Source: Nostoc sp.
GTDB lineage: Bacteria > Cyanobacteriota > Cyanobacteriia > Cyanobacteriales > Nostocaceae
Assembly (NCBI GenBank): GCA_036918135.1
Contig: JBALDB010000020.1
Span: forward strand, 77,099-141,098
Length of the DNA: 64,000 nucleotides
Direction: 5' to 3'
Shown here: one piece after another, positions 31,356-40,299 of the stretch
Position numbering within the stretch: the stretch's first letter is position 1
Layout: the number at the start of each line of letters is the position of its first letter
Translations under genes and position numbers: made by a program
Notes under the pieces: generated by a model
What the model saw: the letters and a program-made list of their open reading frames with translations, nothing else
Database searches by the model: none
Told to the model about the DNA's origin: nothing

Positions 31356-32729
31356 TTAGACAGTTTCTGCTTTAGCTATAAATTCGCCCAACTTTTGTTG
31401 GCGTCTGCGCTTGGCGCGAGCAGCAGTTAGGCCTACACCAGCAAGTGCCAATAAGCCGACTACTGAACCAGGTTCGGGGACTACTTGTGTAACGAGACCA
31501 TCCACTCGAACAACCTCTCCTCGTTCTGGACCAACACCGCGATTGGTAATATAAATCTTGCCGTCAGGGCCAATATCAATTCCATCAGCCGAATCTAAGC
31601 CTTGACCTGCTGCGACAAGTGTTGTGCGAGTGCCGTCAGCAGCAACTTGGATTAAAGAACCGGGTAGATTTGTGATGTCACCCCCTAATTGGGATGTGTC
31701 ACTGAACTGTAAGACCAGCAAATTGCCATTCTCATCGAAGGTTAGGTCTGTAATGTGCGTAAACCCATCCAGATAAAGTTCTGGTTTTCCATCCTTACCA
31801 ATGCGGTAAATCCGTGACTTACCTTCTGGATAGGGAAAACCCGTATATTCGCCAACGTACAAATCTCCATCGGGACCAATTGCACCACCTGTCGGTACTG
31901 CTTGAATTGCTACTTTTCCTCCTGGCAGCTCCTCTAATAACCCAGGAGGTAGTTGTAATCCAGGTGGTAAGTCGGACTTACTAATGATAGTTTTCGGAAT
32001 TGGAATTGCTTGGGACTCACTTCCGTCAAGTTTGATTTTGTAAGCAGTGTTCCCACCCCCGTCAACGACATAAGCATTATCACCACTAATAGTCAGGTCA
32101 TAGGGATTAGTAACGATATCCCCACCATCTGGATTTTTGGTGATTTCATTCTTAGCAAAGTCAAAAATACTGGTGAGAGCTCCTGTGTTCAAGTCAACTT
32201 TGGACAGTTGTGCTAAGAGCGGTGTATTCAAAACTTTATCCGGTGTTGATGGCGGGAAAGTAGCAAGTTGTTGCGGTGGGATAGGGTATTGAGAACCAAG
32301 GTTAAGTGTCTCTAAATCGCGGTTTCCTGGATAACCAGCAAACCCAGTCAGAAGATAGGCTTGTCCTGAAGAGTCGAATTGTATGTCTTGAATACCAGCG
32401 CCTTGGTTGCCAGTGGGTTGTTCTGCTAAAGACTGAAAGTTATTAAGTAGACGCTGTATGGTACCGTCTGGTGAAACTTTAACTAGTGAACCAGTGTTAC
32501 CAGCACAGATAGGTTGAAACAACGTACTCGGAGATGGTTGGCAATTTCCGTTTCCGCCGATACCTGGCTCTGCTACATAGAGATTGTCATCAGCGTCAAA
32601 GCTAACACCCCGTGCATTACTAATTCCACCGACAATTGGCGTCAGGGTTACAGCTTGTACAGATGGGATTCCACAAATAGCAGTAAAACAAAATGTAACA
32701 GATGTAAAAGCAAATGACTTGAGTTTCAT
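31356..32729 (-). CDS. scyE: ScyE, ScyD/ScyE family PEP-CTERM protein
   Basis: Signal peptide, LYVAEPGIGG, NPDGGDIVTNPY, GPDGDLYVGEYTGFPYP and VPEPGSVVGLLAL...KRRR. Confidence 0.92.
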   Translation of the reverse strand: MKLKSFAFTSVTFCFTAICGIPSVQAVTLTPIVGGISNARGVSFDADDNLYVAEPGIGGNGNCQPSPSTLFQPICAGNTGSLVKVSPDGTIQRLLNNFQSLAEQPTGNQGAGIQDIQFDSSGQAYLLTGFAGYPGNRDLETLNLGSQYPIPPQQLATFPPSTPDKVLNTPLLAQLSKVDLNTGALTSIFDFAKNEITKNPDGGDIVTNPYDLTISGDNAYVVDGGGNTAYKIKLDGSESQAIPIPKTIISKSDLPPGLQLPPGLLEELPGGKVAIQAVPTGGAIGPDGDLYVGEYTGFPYPEGKSRIYRIGKDGKPELYLDGFTHITDLTFDENGNLLVLQFSDTSQLGGDITNLPGSLIQVAADGTRTTLVAAGQGLDSADGIDIGPDGKIYITNRGVGPERGEVVRVDGLVTQVVPEPGSVVGLLALAGVGLTAARAKRRRQQKLGEFIAKAETV

Positions 32730-32867
32730 ACCTTTGGAGATTGAGAGTTAAATAAGTGGAAATTTTTATGGTTTTAAAGACAACGAATCCCAGTGTTTGA
32801 GGAATGTATGGAAAATGCTGAGAGGTATTGGTATTGGTTTAAAGTTCTTTACTTGAGCGCCATGACT

Positions 32868-34130
32868 TTATTTATGGAAGGTTTGGGGGTTCTTGCGCTT
32901 GTGCAGCCAATAAACTCCCAAAGCACCGATCGCTAATACGCCTAAAGGAGAACTCGGTTCTGGAACAGACTTGACATTTTCAATTCTGAGAACTTGTCCC
33001 TGACCTGGGCTAGCGCCTCGGTTTGTGACGTATACTGCACCATCAGCACCAATAGTCAAGGCGCTAGGCGACTCTAATCCATTGCCGCTCAAAAGAGTTG
33101 TGCGTGTGCCATCGGTAGCTATTTTGATTACAGAACCATCAAAATTACCCTTCCAGGCTGACTGATTAGCGTACTGCAAAGCATATAAATTGCCCGCAGT
33201 ATCAAATTGCAAGTCTGTGAGTTGGGTAAAACCATCTGCAAAGACTGTTGGCTTACCATCAGCGCCAATTCGATAGATTTTAGCCCCACCTTCTGGGAAG
33301 GGAAAACCAGTAAATTGGCTGACATAATAAGCACCGTCAGGCCCTTTGGCCACACTTGAGGGTACTGCTTGACTTGCAAACTGCGATTGCACCGGGTCAT
33401 TTTCAGATGGCACCTGTGCAGGTTCGTTGGATGGCGTTCCAGAAGGGGGAAAGACTGGATTAGTCAATATATCTTGAGGAAATGTGGTAAGAGCGTACAA
33501 ATTACTACCATCAGTATTCACACTCAGCAGGTCGTTTGCACCTGCATCAGTTGCAACTAACTTATTACCGTCAATTACAAAACCTAAGGGATTGCTATCG
33601 ACATCACTACCATCAGGATTGTTGGCGAGTTCATAGTTAGCTAAATCAGCAACACTCGTCCAGGAATTGGTATTAAAATCGGGAGCGATAATTTTACCGA
33701 GGTCTGTGTTACCCAAATTGCGATCGCGAAAGGCTGGATTAGCCCCATATCCAATCAGAACATAAGGTTTACCTGTAGCATCAAATTGGATATCACGAGC
33801 GCCAGTCCCTCCAGTACCATCTGGTAGTGCTAAGGAAGGAAGTCCTGTAAGTATCCGCTTAGTCTTACCATTCTCAATTTTGGTAACTGCACCAGTTGTG
33901 CCATAGCATAGAGAATCGCCTTGACCACTTGGTGGTGGAACACAAGCTCCACTTCCCCCGATTCCCGCCTCTGTAACATAGAGATTACCATTGGGGTCAA
34001 AGCTCAGACCTCCAGGATTATATAGACCGTCAGCAATTACCGAAAACGATGTAGCTGAGGCAGCTTTCATCCCAGAAAAAGCAGCAATCCAAAAACTGAA
34101 AAAAGTAATAGTAAGTTGTTTGACTTTCAT
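32868..34130 (-). CDS. scyD: ScyD, ScyD/ScyE family PEP-CTERM protein (ATG at 34130 preferred; the upstream extension lies in a repeat)
   Basis: Signal peptide, LYVTEAGIGG, NNPDG..VDSNP, GPDGAYYVSQFTGFPFP and VPEPSSPLGVLAIG...HKRK. Confidence 0.92.
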   Translation of the reverse strand: MKVKQLTITFFSFWIAAFSGMKAASATSFSVIADGLYNPGGLSFDPNGNLYVTEAGIGGSGACVPPPSGQGDSLCYGTTGAVTKIENGKTKRILTGLPSLALPDGTGGTGARDIQFDATGKPYVLIGYGANPAFRDRNLGNTDLGKIIAPDFNTNSWTSVADLANYELANNPDGSDVDSNPLGFVIDGNKLVATDAGANDLLSVNTDGSNLYALTTFPQDILTNPVFPPSGTPSNEPAQVPSENDPVQSQFASQAVPSSVAKGPDGAYYVSQFTGFPFPEGGAKIYRIGADGKPTVFADGFTQLTDLQFDTAGNLYALQYANQSAWKGNFDGSVIKIATDGTRTTLLSGNGLESPSALTIGADGAVYVTNRGASPGQGQVLRIENVKSVPEPSSPLGVLAIGALGVYWLHKRKNPQTFHK

Positions 34131-34240
34131 ATTTTGTCTTTTGTCATTTGTCATTTGTTATTTGTTAACTGACTAATGACCAATAACGAACGACCAATGA
34201 CCGATACTTCTCTACAAGAGGCTGCGCTCAGTACAAGTGA

Positions 34241-35212
34241 CTAATGACTATTGACCAATGACTCTTGAGTTTTTGGCAGATAACTCATTCCGCGATCGAA
34301 TGATTTGAGGTTGCCAGCTTTGGCTTCGAGTAAACGTTTAATGTTCATGCTCTCCGCTCCAAAGTCTTCAATTTGAAGTTTGCCGTGGGTGACAGTTCCA
34401 TCTGCTTTCCAGAATGTGATTCGATGCAAGATAAAACCAGAAGCCTCAGGGTCAGCGAAAGCATAGGCAGTTGGAATAAGTAGTGCTACAGAACGCTGAT
34501 AATATTCGTAATTTGGATAAAAATATTCTTGTTCGAGTAAGTAATATTTACTCAGACTATGAACTCGCACAGAAACTTTTACCTGCTGGTCATATTCATC
34601 TTTGAATTCTCCTGATTCAAGACCAATCTCGCCATTTGGTCGCAGTAAATGCGCCCACTGATCTATGTTTTGTAAATCAGTTAAATACTCAATGCCAATT
34701 TCAACAGGGGCATCAACATAGATAGTGTCTGTATCAATAAAGTAGCGTCCTTTGGCTGCTGTAGTCAGACCAGCCTTGCGTTCTAAATTACCTTTGAGAG
34801 AACGACATTCGGAAGTGTGTACTGTATGAATTCCCTGCATAATCATCTGAGTCTGCCGTTTAGGATCGACAAAGCTCAACCAGTGAAAGTACACACCTTT
34901 TTCATCTGTTCCCGGCTCAATGTAATCTGTAGGAAAGAGCAAGACAGGGTAAACCTGAAAATATTTCTGATACTCTAACCCGCAATGCCACTCGATACCG
35001 TAGAAAAGTGGATTCTCTAGTTTTTTAACGTGGTAGTAGAGATTATTGTGATAACCAGAGGCACTTCCCAACCAGGTATCTTCATCGATTTGCTCTTTCA
35101 TCCGACTATAAAGCGTCCATTCATCCAAGTTTTTTAAACTACAAAGGTAGTCAAAAGCAATCTTTGGTGAAGTAGCAATATAAGCTGATGTTGCAAATGT
35201 ATTTTTTTCCAC
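34241..35212 (-). CDS. scyC: ScyC, scytonemin cyclase/decarboxylase
   Basis: 323 aa with two similar SRPBCC-like halves (FDYLCSLKNLDEW / EYLTDLQNIDQW); lies between scyB and scyD. Confidence 0.92.
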   Translation of the reverse strand: MEKNTFATSAYIATSPKIAFDYLCSLKNLDEWTLYSRMKEQIDEDTWLGSASGYHNNLYYHVKKLENPLFYGIEWHCGLEYQKYFQVYPVLLFPTDYIEPGTDEKGVYFHWLSFVDPKRQTQMIMQGIHTVHTSECRSLKGNLERKAGLTTAAKGRYFIDTDTIYVDAPVEIGIEYLTDLQNIDQWAHLLRPNGEIGLESGEFKDEYDQQVKVSVRVHSLSKYYLLEQEYFYPNYEYYQRSVALLIPTAYAFADPEASGFILHRITFWKADGTVTHGKLQIEDFGAESMNIKRLLEAKAGNLKSFDRGMSYLPKTQESLVNSH

Positions 35213-35258
35213 TTTTAACTCCTGAAATCAACAGTTAATAATTAGCAAGCATTAACAA

Positions 35259-36320
35259 TTAAGCTGCGACAGTCTTAGTTTGGTTTCGTTTAGCCTTGGC
35301 AATTCTGTCTTCTGCTAATCGTTTAGCAGCATCATTAGTAGTAATTCCTTGCTGTTTAGCAATATCAAAAATTGCTAGTAATGTGTCATAAATGTTATAG
35401 ACTTGCTTCAAAGCTTTTTCTTCGTCATAGCCAATCATTTCGTTGTAAACATTAATTAGTCCTCCGGCATTAATTACATAATCTGGGCTGTAAATAATTC
35501 CTTTTTTAGCAAGCATTTGACTATGTAGTTGCTCATTCTCTAATTGATTATTAGCTGCACCAGCAACAATAGAAGCTCGTAGAAAAGGAATTGTATGGCT
35601 ATTAAGAATTGCTCCTAAAGCACAAGGGGCAAAAACATCTACATCAAGAGAACAAATTTCGGATGGTTCTACAACAGTTGCACCATAAAGCCGTTTTACT
35701 TCTTCTGCTTTTACTGGATCTATATCGCTGACAAAAAGTTGAACATCATGTTCGTGCAAGTGTCGGCAGAGATTTTTACCTACATTTCCCAGACCTTGAA
35801 CTGCTACTTTCAGTCCATCAAGTCTTTGAGTTTGCCAACGAAACTCGACAGCAGCTTTAATTCCGAGAAAAACTCCTAAAGATGTTATTGGGGCTGGGCC
35901 ACCAGATTTTTCGGATACCCCAACAACATATTTAGTTTCTTGACTGATTGTTCGTACATCTGATGGGGTAATATTTACGTCTTGTCCAGTAATAAAACGC
36001 CCATTAATACTGTTAACAAAACGTCCATAAGCTCTCAACAAGTCATCTGTTTTATTTTCTGGATTAGCGATGATAACTGCTTTTCCCCCACCAGCTGGAA
36101 TGTTGGCACAGGCAGCTTTGTATGTCATTCCACGACTCAGACGAAGAGCATCTTGTAAAGCAGCTTCTTCACTAATATAAGGGAAGAGTCTTGTAGCTCC
36201 CATTGCTGGCCCCAAACTTGTATCATGGATGGCAATAATTGCCTTAATTTCTGGATTTTTACCATGACAGAAAAGAACTTGTTCGTGACCCATTTCTCTA
36301 ACAGTTTCAAATAGCAGCAT
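35259..36320 (-). CDS. scyB: ScyB, tryptophan dehydrogenase (Leu/Phe/Val DH family)
   Basis: IAIHDTSLGPAMGATR, GMTYK, GGGKAVI, QGLGNVG, GAANNQL and INAGG motifs. Confidence 0.95.
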   Translation of the reverse strand: MLLFETVREMGHEQVLFCHGKNPEIKAIIAIHDTSLGPAMGATRLFPYISEEAALQDALRLSRGMTYKAACANIPAGGGKAVIIANPENKTDDLLRAYGRFVNSINGRFITGQDVNITPSDVRTISQETKYVVGVSEKSGGPAPITSLGVFLGIKAAVEFRWQTQRLDGLKVAVQGLGNVGKNLCRHLHEHDVQLFVSDIDPVKAEEVKRLYGATVVEPSEICSLDVDVFAPCALGAILNSHTIPFLRASIVAGAANNQLENEQLHSQMLAKKGIIYSPDYVINAGGLINVYNEMIGYDEEKALKQVYNIYDTLLAIFDIAKQQGITTNDAAKRLAEDRIAKAKRNQTKTVAA

Positions 36321-36473
36321 TTTGGTTTCTCAATATTGATTTTGGGTTGATTAACGCAGGTTTTTTGTTGCCCTCTCTAGACGTATAGAGAAGTCGGAAG
36401 GGTAGCGTTAGCGTGTAGGTTCTCAGAAAAAAGTACTGCCAAGAGAAAGATACTAATTAGAAGGCTCTTAAAG

Positions 36474-38360
36474 TCAAACTAAGGGAAATGAAACTGGTTT
36501 GGTTGGAGTTTGAGTTGGGCTTGATTTGACTCCTTGTGCTGCCAAACTCTTATTACGTCCACCAGAAGGTGCTGAGCGATCGCCATCAATTACTACATCG
36601 ATCAGAAAAGGAACATTTGAGTCAAGCGCTTGTTCTAATGCGGCTTCAATATCCGACTCTCTAACAACTACGACCGCTTCTGCTCCCATCCCACGAGCAA
36701 TCATGGCGAAGTTTGTCGGTGGCAGTGTTGCGTCCGCACCTTTTAATCCCAGGATTTTCATCCCTTGATGGCACATGTTGTAACGTGCATCGTTGAGTAC
36801 TATCCAAATAGCCGGAATTTTGTATTTCACAGCAGTGCTGATTTCGTTATTCATCAGCATTGCCCCATCGCCGACAATACCTACAGCTTTGCTATTGTTC
36901 GCCAACGCTGCACCCAATACTCCTGTGACAGCGTGACCCATTGCTCCAACTCCGGTGCTGACTCGGTAACGATTGGCTTGGGTAAATTGTAGTAGATGCG
37001 TTGACCAAGTAAATGAGTTACCACACTCTGCCATGACTATGGCATCGCTACCCTCAACAACAATCTTTTGAATTGCTGCCATCAATACTTCTGGTCGCAC
37101 TGGATAGTCTACTTCCAAAGCAGGTTCGATTGCTTTGTTTTCTGGACGAGGTAGCGGTAAAGCTACAAAATTATCAGGAGCATCTGGTAAGCGCTGCAAC
37201 AGTTCTTGAACAAATGTTTTGATGTCAGACCGAACCCCGAAAGTTTGGGCGTGTGGATAAGCTATTCCTGGCACTTCTGGGTCAATATCTACATGGATAA
37301 AGCCACCTTTAGGAACTAAGGCCGAACTCCAAAAGGAAGTCGGTTCGCCAAGACGAGTGCCTAATACGAGTGTGCGTAGTGGAGGTTGCTGTTCCATATA
37401 AGTTAAGACGGAAGCATGACCGCCTAAACCCGTGACACCGATAAACTGGGGATGATCTTCAGGAAAAATGCCTTTACCGCGAGGTGAGGACATCACAGCT
37501 GCTCCGGTTTTTTCGGCGAGTTGGCGGATTTCCTCTGCTGCGTCACGGGCACCGAAACCAACCCAGATGGCAAAGGGACCGGATGATAGTAACTCTACAG
37601 ATTTAGCGATCGCTTCACTAGAAGGAGTTACCCGAAAACGAGAAACATCTAGTTGGGGTAAGGCTACATCTTGAACTAAACTTGTCTGCACAGCGGTAGG
37701 AATGCTCAAATGAGCAACAAATCCCTCTGGTTGCGCCAAAGCTAGGGCAAGTTTGCGAAAAATCTGTGGGAGTTGAGCGGCAGATTCGATGGTAATTGCA
37801 TAGTTGAATAGCGCTCCTGGGGTAAAAATTCCCCCGCTCGGCAATGTGTAGGTGCTGGTTTCTTGAATTGCCCAGCGTCCACGCTGTGGTGCGGAGGTAC
37901 AAGCCGACAGCAAAATCACTTTTGCACCTTCGCCACGAGCCGCAAATAAGCCGGTGAGGGCGTTGGTAATTCCTGGGCCTGCTGTGGTGAAGACTACGCT
38001 AGGGCGATTACTAGCAAAATATGCTTCGGTCGCTGCAAAGGCTGCTCCTGCTTCATGGCGGAAGTTTAACACCTCTATGGTGCTATTGGATAATGCGCCC
38101 CAAAGGCTTGCCATCGCCCCACCAGCAACACCAAAGGCGTAGTTTACTCCCAAATCGACTAACATCTGGGCGATGGCATCTGCAACTGAGAGTGTTGGGG
38201 TTGTTTCATTGGAGAAAAAAGGTTGAATTTCCCCATTCTTCTGTGATTCATCAAGTTGATGGGAGTTAGACACAGATTCTACGTATTTGTTTGGTGGAAA
38301 TTCGTTGTATGGCTCAGTAGCAATTAGAGGAGAGTTTGAACCTGTATAGTTTTGACTCAT
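36474..38360 (-). CDS. scyA: ScyA, ThDP-dependent acyloin synthase (acetolactate-synthase-like); alternative GTG start at 38369
   Basis: RHEAGAAFAA, TTAGPGITN and ThDP motif GDGAMLMNNE...LND; first gene of the cluster. Confidence 0.95.
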   Translation of the reverse strand: MSQNYTGSNSPLIATEPYNEFPPNKYVESVSNSHQLDESQKNGEIQPFFSNETTPTLSVADAIAQMLVDLGVNYAFGVAGGAMASLWGALSNSTIEVLNFRHEAGAAFAATEAYFASNRPSVVFTTAGPGITNALTGLFAARGEGAKVILLSACTSAPQRGRWAIQETSTYTLPSGGIFTPGALFNYAITIESAAQLPQIFRKLALALAQPEGFVAHLSIPTAVQTSLVQDVALPQLDVSRFRVTPSSEAIAKSVELLSSGPFAIWVGFGARDAAEEIRQLAEKTGAAVMSSPRGKGIFPEDHPQFIGVTGLGGHASVLTYMEQQPPLRTLVLGTRLGEPTSFWSSALVPKGGFIHVDIDPEVPGIAYPHAQTFGVRSDIKTFVQELLQRLPDAPDNFVALPLPRPENKAIEPALEVDYPVRPEVLMAAIQKIVVEGSDAIVMAECGNSFTWSTHLLQFTQANRYRVSTGVGAMGHAVTGVLGAALANNSKAVGIVGDGAMLMNNEISTAVKYKIPAIWIVLNDARYNMCHQGMKILGLKGADATLPPTNFAMIARGMGAEAVVVVRESDIEAALEQALDSNVPFLIDVVIDGDRSAPSGGRNKSLAAQGVKSSPTQTPTKPVSFPLV

Positions 38361-38600
38361 AGGTTTCACGTAATTACATCAAGTTACACAAACGCTGCTT
38401 GGTTTACAATCACAGCAGTGAAAATATTTAATACAAACAACTATGTATTTTTTACAAGGATCGCTAAGTTTAGTTGATAGTAGAAAGTATCGGTCGCTAT
38501 TGATTAATGCTTGTGAACGGATTACCAAAAAATTTTGCAAAGCCTATAGTAATCAAAGCTGTGCTTCCAGAAATTAGAATAAAGGAGATAAATAGAGATA

Positions 38601-38772
38601 TGCAATCAAAAATCTTTTGATGAGCGTGTCAAATTTTTCGCTGATATTGTGATGATTACACTAGTTACCTAAGGCTCAGCGTATATAAAGTTTGACGAGT
38701 TGATGAGGTTTAATCTAATCAAGATTAGTGTGCAATGAAAAATCTTTCGATTAGCATGTCAAATTTTTCGCT
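38601..38772. promoter_or_regulatory. Two 42-bp direct repeats upstream of scyA, candidate operator sites
   Basis: 38601-38642 and 38731-38772 are 38/42 identical, 130 bp apart. Confidence 0.55.
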
Positions 38773-39024
38773 TTTGTGATAATAGCTACAATATTCACTT
38801 AGCGACTTGGGAAGATTAGTACATTGCGATCGCAGCTATATCACTACATTTACAGTGAAAATATTTGAATTTTGATGCACATCAAAAGTGTTTTAGCTTA
38901 CTTTTCACATCTGGCTAGGTTGTATGGCTCAATAAAGAGTGAAGCTAATAAGTTCGTTGATTTAACCGATCGCCAAAATCAGACAAAATTAAAGCCTGAG
39001 CAACTACAACAGGTTAGTAAGCGT

Positions 39025-39153
39025 TAAGAAAGTCGGTGGGAATAAACAGAACTATATTAATAAGATTAGAGTATAAGATGACGAAGAAAATAACCTTTAT
39101 TTTTTTCATTACAAAGATTTACATAGTTTAGTTTAATCACGCTGATTTACTTA
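39025..39153. mobile_element. Degenerate MITE-like element, TAAG...CTTA family
   Basis: taagaaagtcggtgggaataaacagaactat ... atagtttagtttaatcacgctgatttactta, with imperfect inverted ends. Confidence 0.5.
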
Positions 39154-39262
39154 TCGCTGTAAAATTACTCCCTCCAGAGTAAAATCATTAATTCTTGCCA
39201 GACAAGACTTTCAGCTAAAAAAGATGATTGTAGCAATATACTACAAAATAAAGCTTCTAAGC

Positions 39263-39372
39263 TAGGAACTCCAAGAAATAAATTATCCCATTTGAAGTTG
39301 CTGATTGATGACTGATAACTGTTGACTGTTGAGTGTGAGCAGGGGAATATTTTTTTATTTGTCAGTTCCCTA
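39263..39372. mobile_element. MITE-like element with AGGAACT...AGTTCCCT termini and internal heptamers
   Basis: taggaactccaagaaataaa ... tttatttgtcagttcccta; homologous to 50141-50248 and to fragments at 10090-10166, 13722-13752 and 15333-15400. Confidence 0.65.
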
Positions 39373-39510
39373 ATTAGCGTCTGTTATTAAAAAGTTGCCT
39401 TTAATTTTTCGTTGCCCAGAATCAGCAAAAATTACAATGTATTTCTTGAGACAGATGACTTGGGACATTTGTCTATAGTTAAATCTCGTGAGAGTGTACA
39501 TTAAGATAAA

Positions 39511-39667
39511 TTAATAATACCTTTGCTAATTTTTTAGAACAACCCATAATGCGGGTTTTGGAGTATGGGTTTCAACAGCAATTTAAAAGCCGGAAACCTA
39601 TATTAGCTAAGGATTTAGCTTTTTCATCTAGTTCCAATATTCTAATTTTGGCGAAGGTATTGATTAA
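39511..39667. mobile_element. MITE-like element with ~28-bp imperfect TIRs
   Basis: Left ttaataatacctttgctaattttttagaa; reverse complement of right end ttaatcaataccttcgccaaaattagaa. Confidence 0.55.
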
Positions 39668-40299
39668 AAAATGAATTGATGAGCAGATTTCTGCTTATTC
39701 AAGCTTATTTAACCAGGGCAAATTGATTTATGTCGATAATCAAACGACTATACACTAGTACCACATTTGTATCAATACGCTACCCTTAGCTTGCTTTTTT
39801 GCAATACTATGTGGGATTCAAAATCAAAAAGCTTAGATTATAAGTTTTTTACGAATTTTCTAGCTTGCTCTCAGGTACGGATGTGATTGGTGTATTTATT
39901 ATGTCGTTAGCCAGTAGTTAGCTGTAATATTGGCGCAATTAAAATTTTAAATAGTTTTTAACTTAATAGATTAAGGGTTTTTAACTCTTATCTAATAAGC
40001 TTGATTGGCTAATCTTGATTTGATTAGTCTAAATTTCCTATATGGGTAAAAAGTTAATTTAGTCAATAATCAACTTTAATTATCTTAATTTTTTTTTTAG
40101 GATTTTTGGGTTAGATTATTCACTTTTGAGACTCTTTCTTGATATGATAAGTTTTGTAAAGTTAGTTAATAATTTTATTTCATTTGCAAAATAACTGGAT
40201 TTTCAGCAGCCTAACACTGTATTAAGGATTTTAGGTGATTGGGATTATTAACTCATTAACAGCTATGGTGCTGATTGCTTACAAGGAGCAAGTAGAGAT

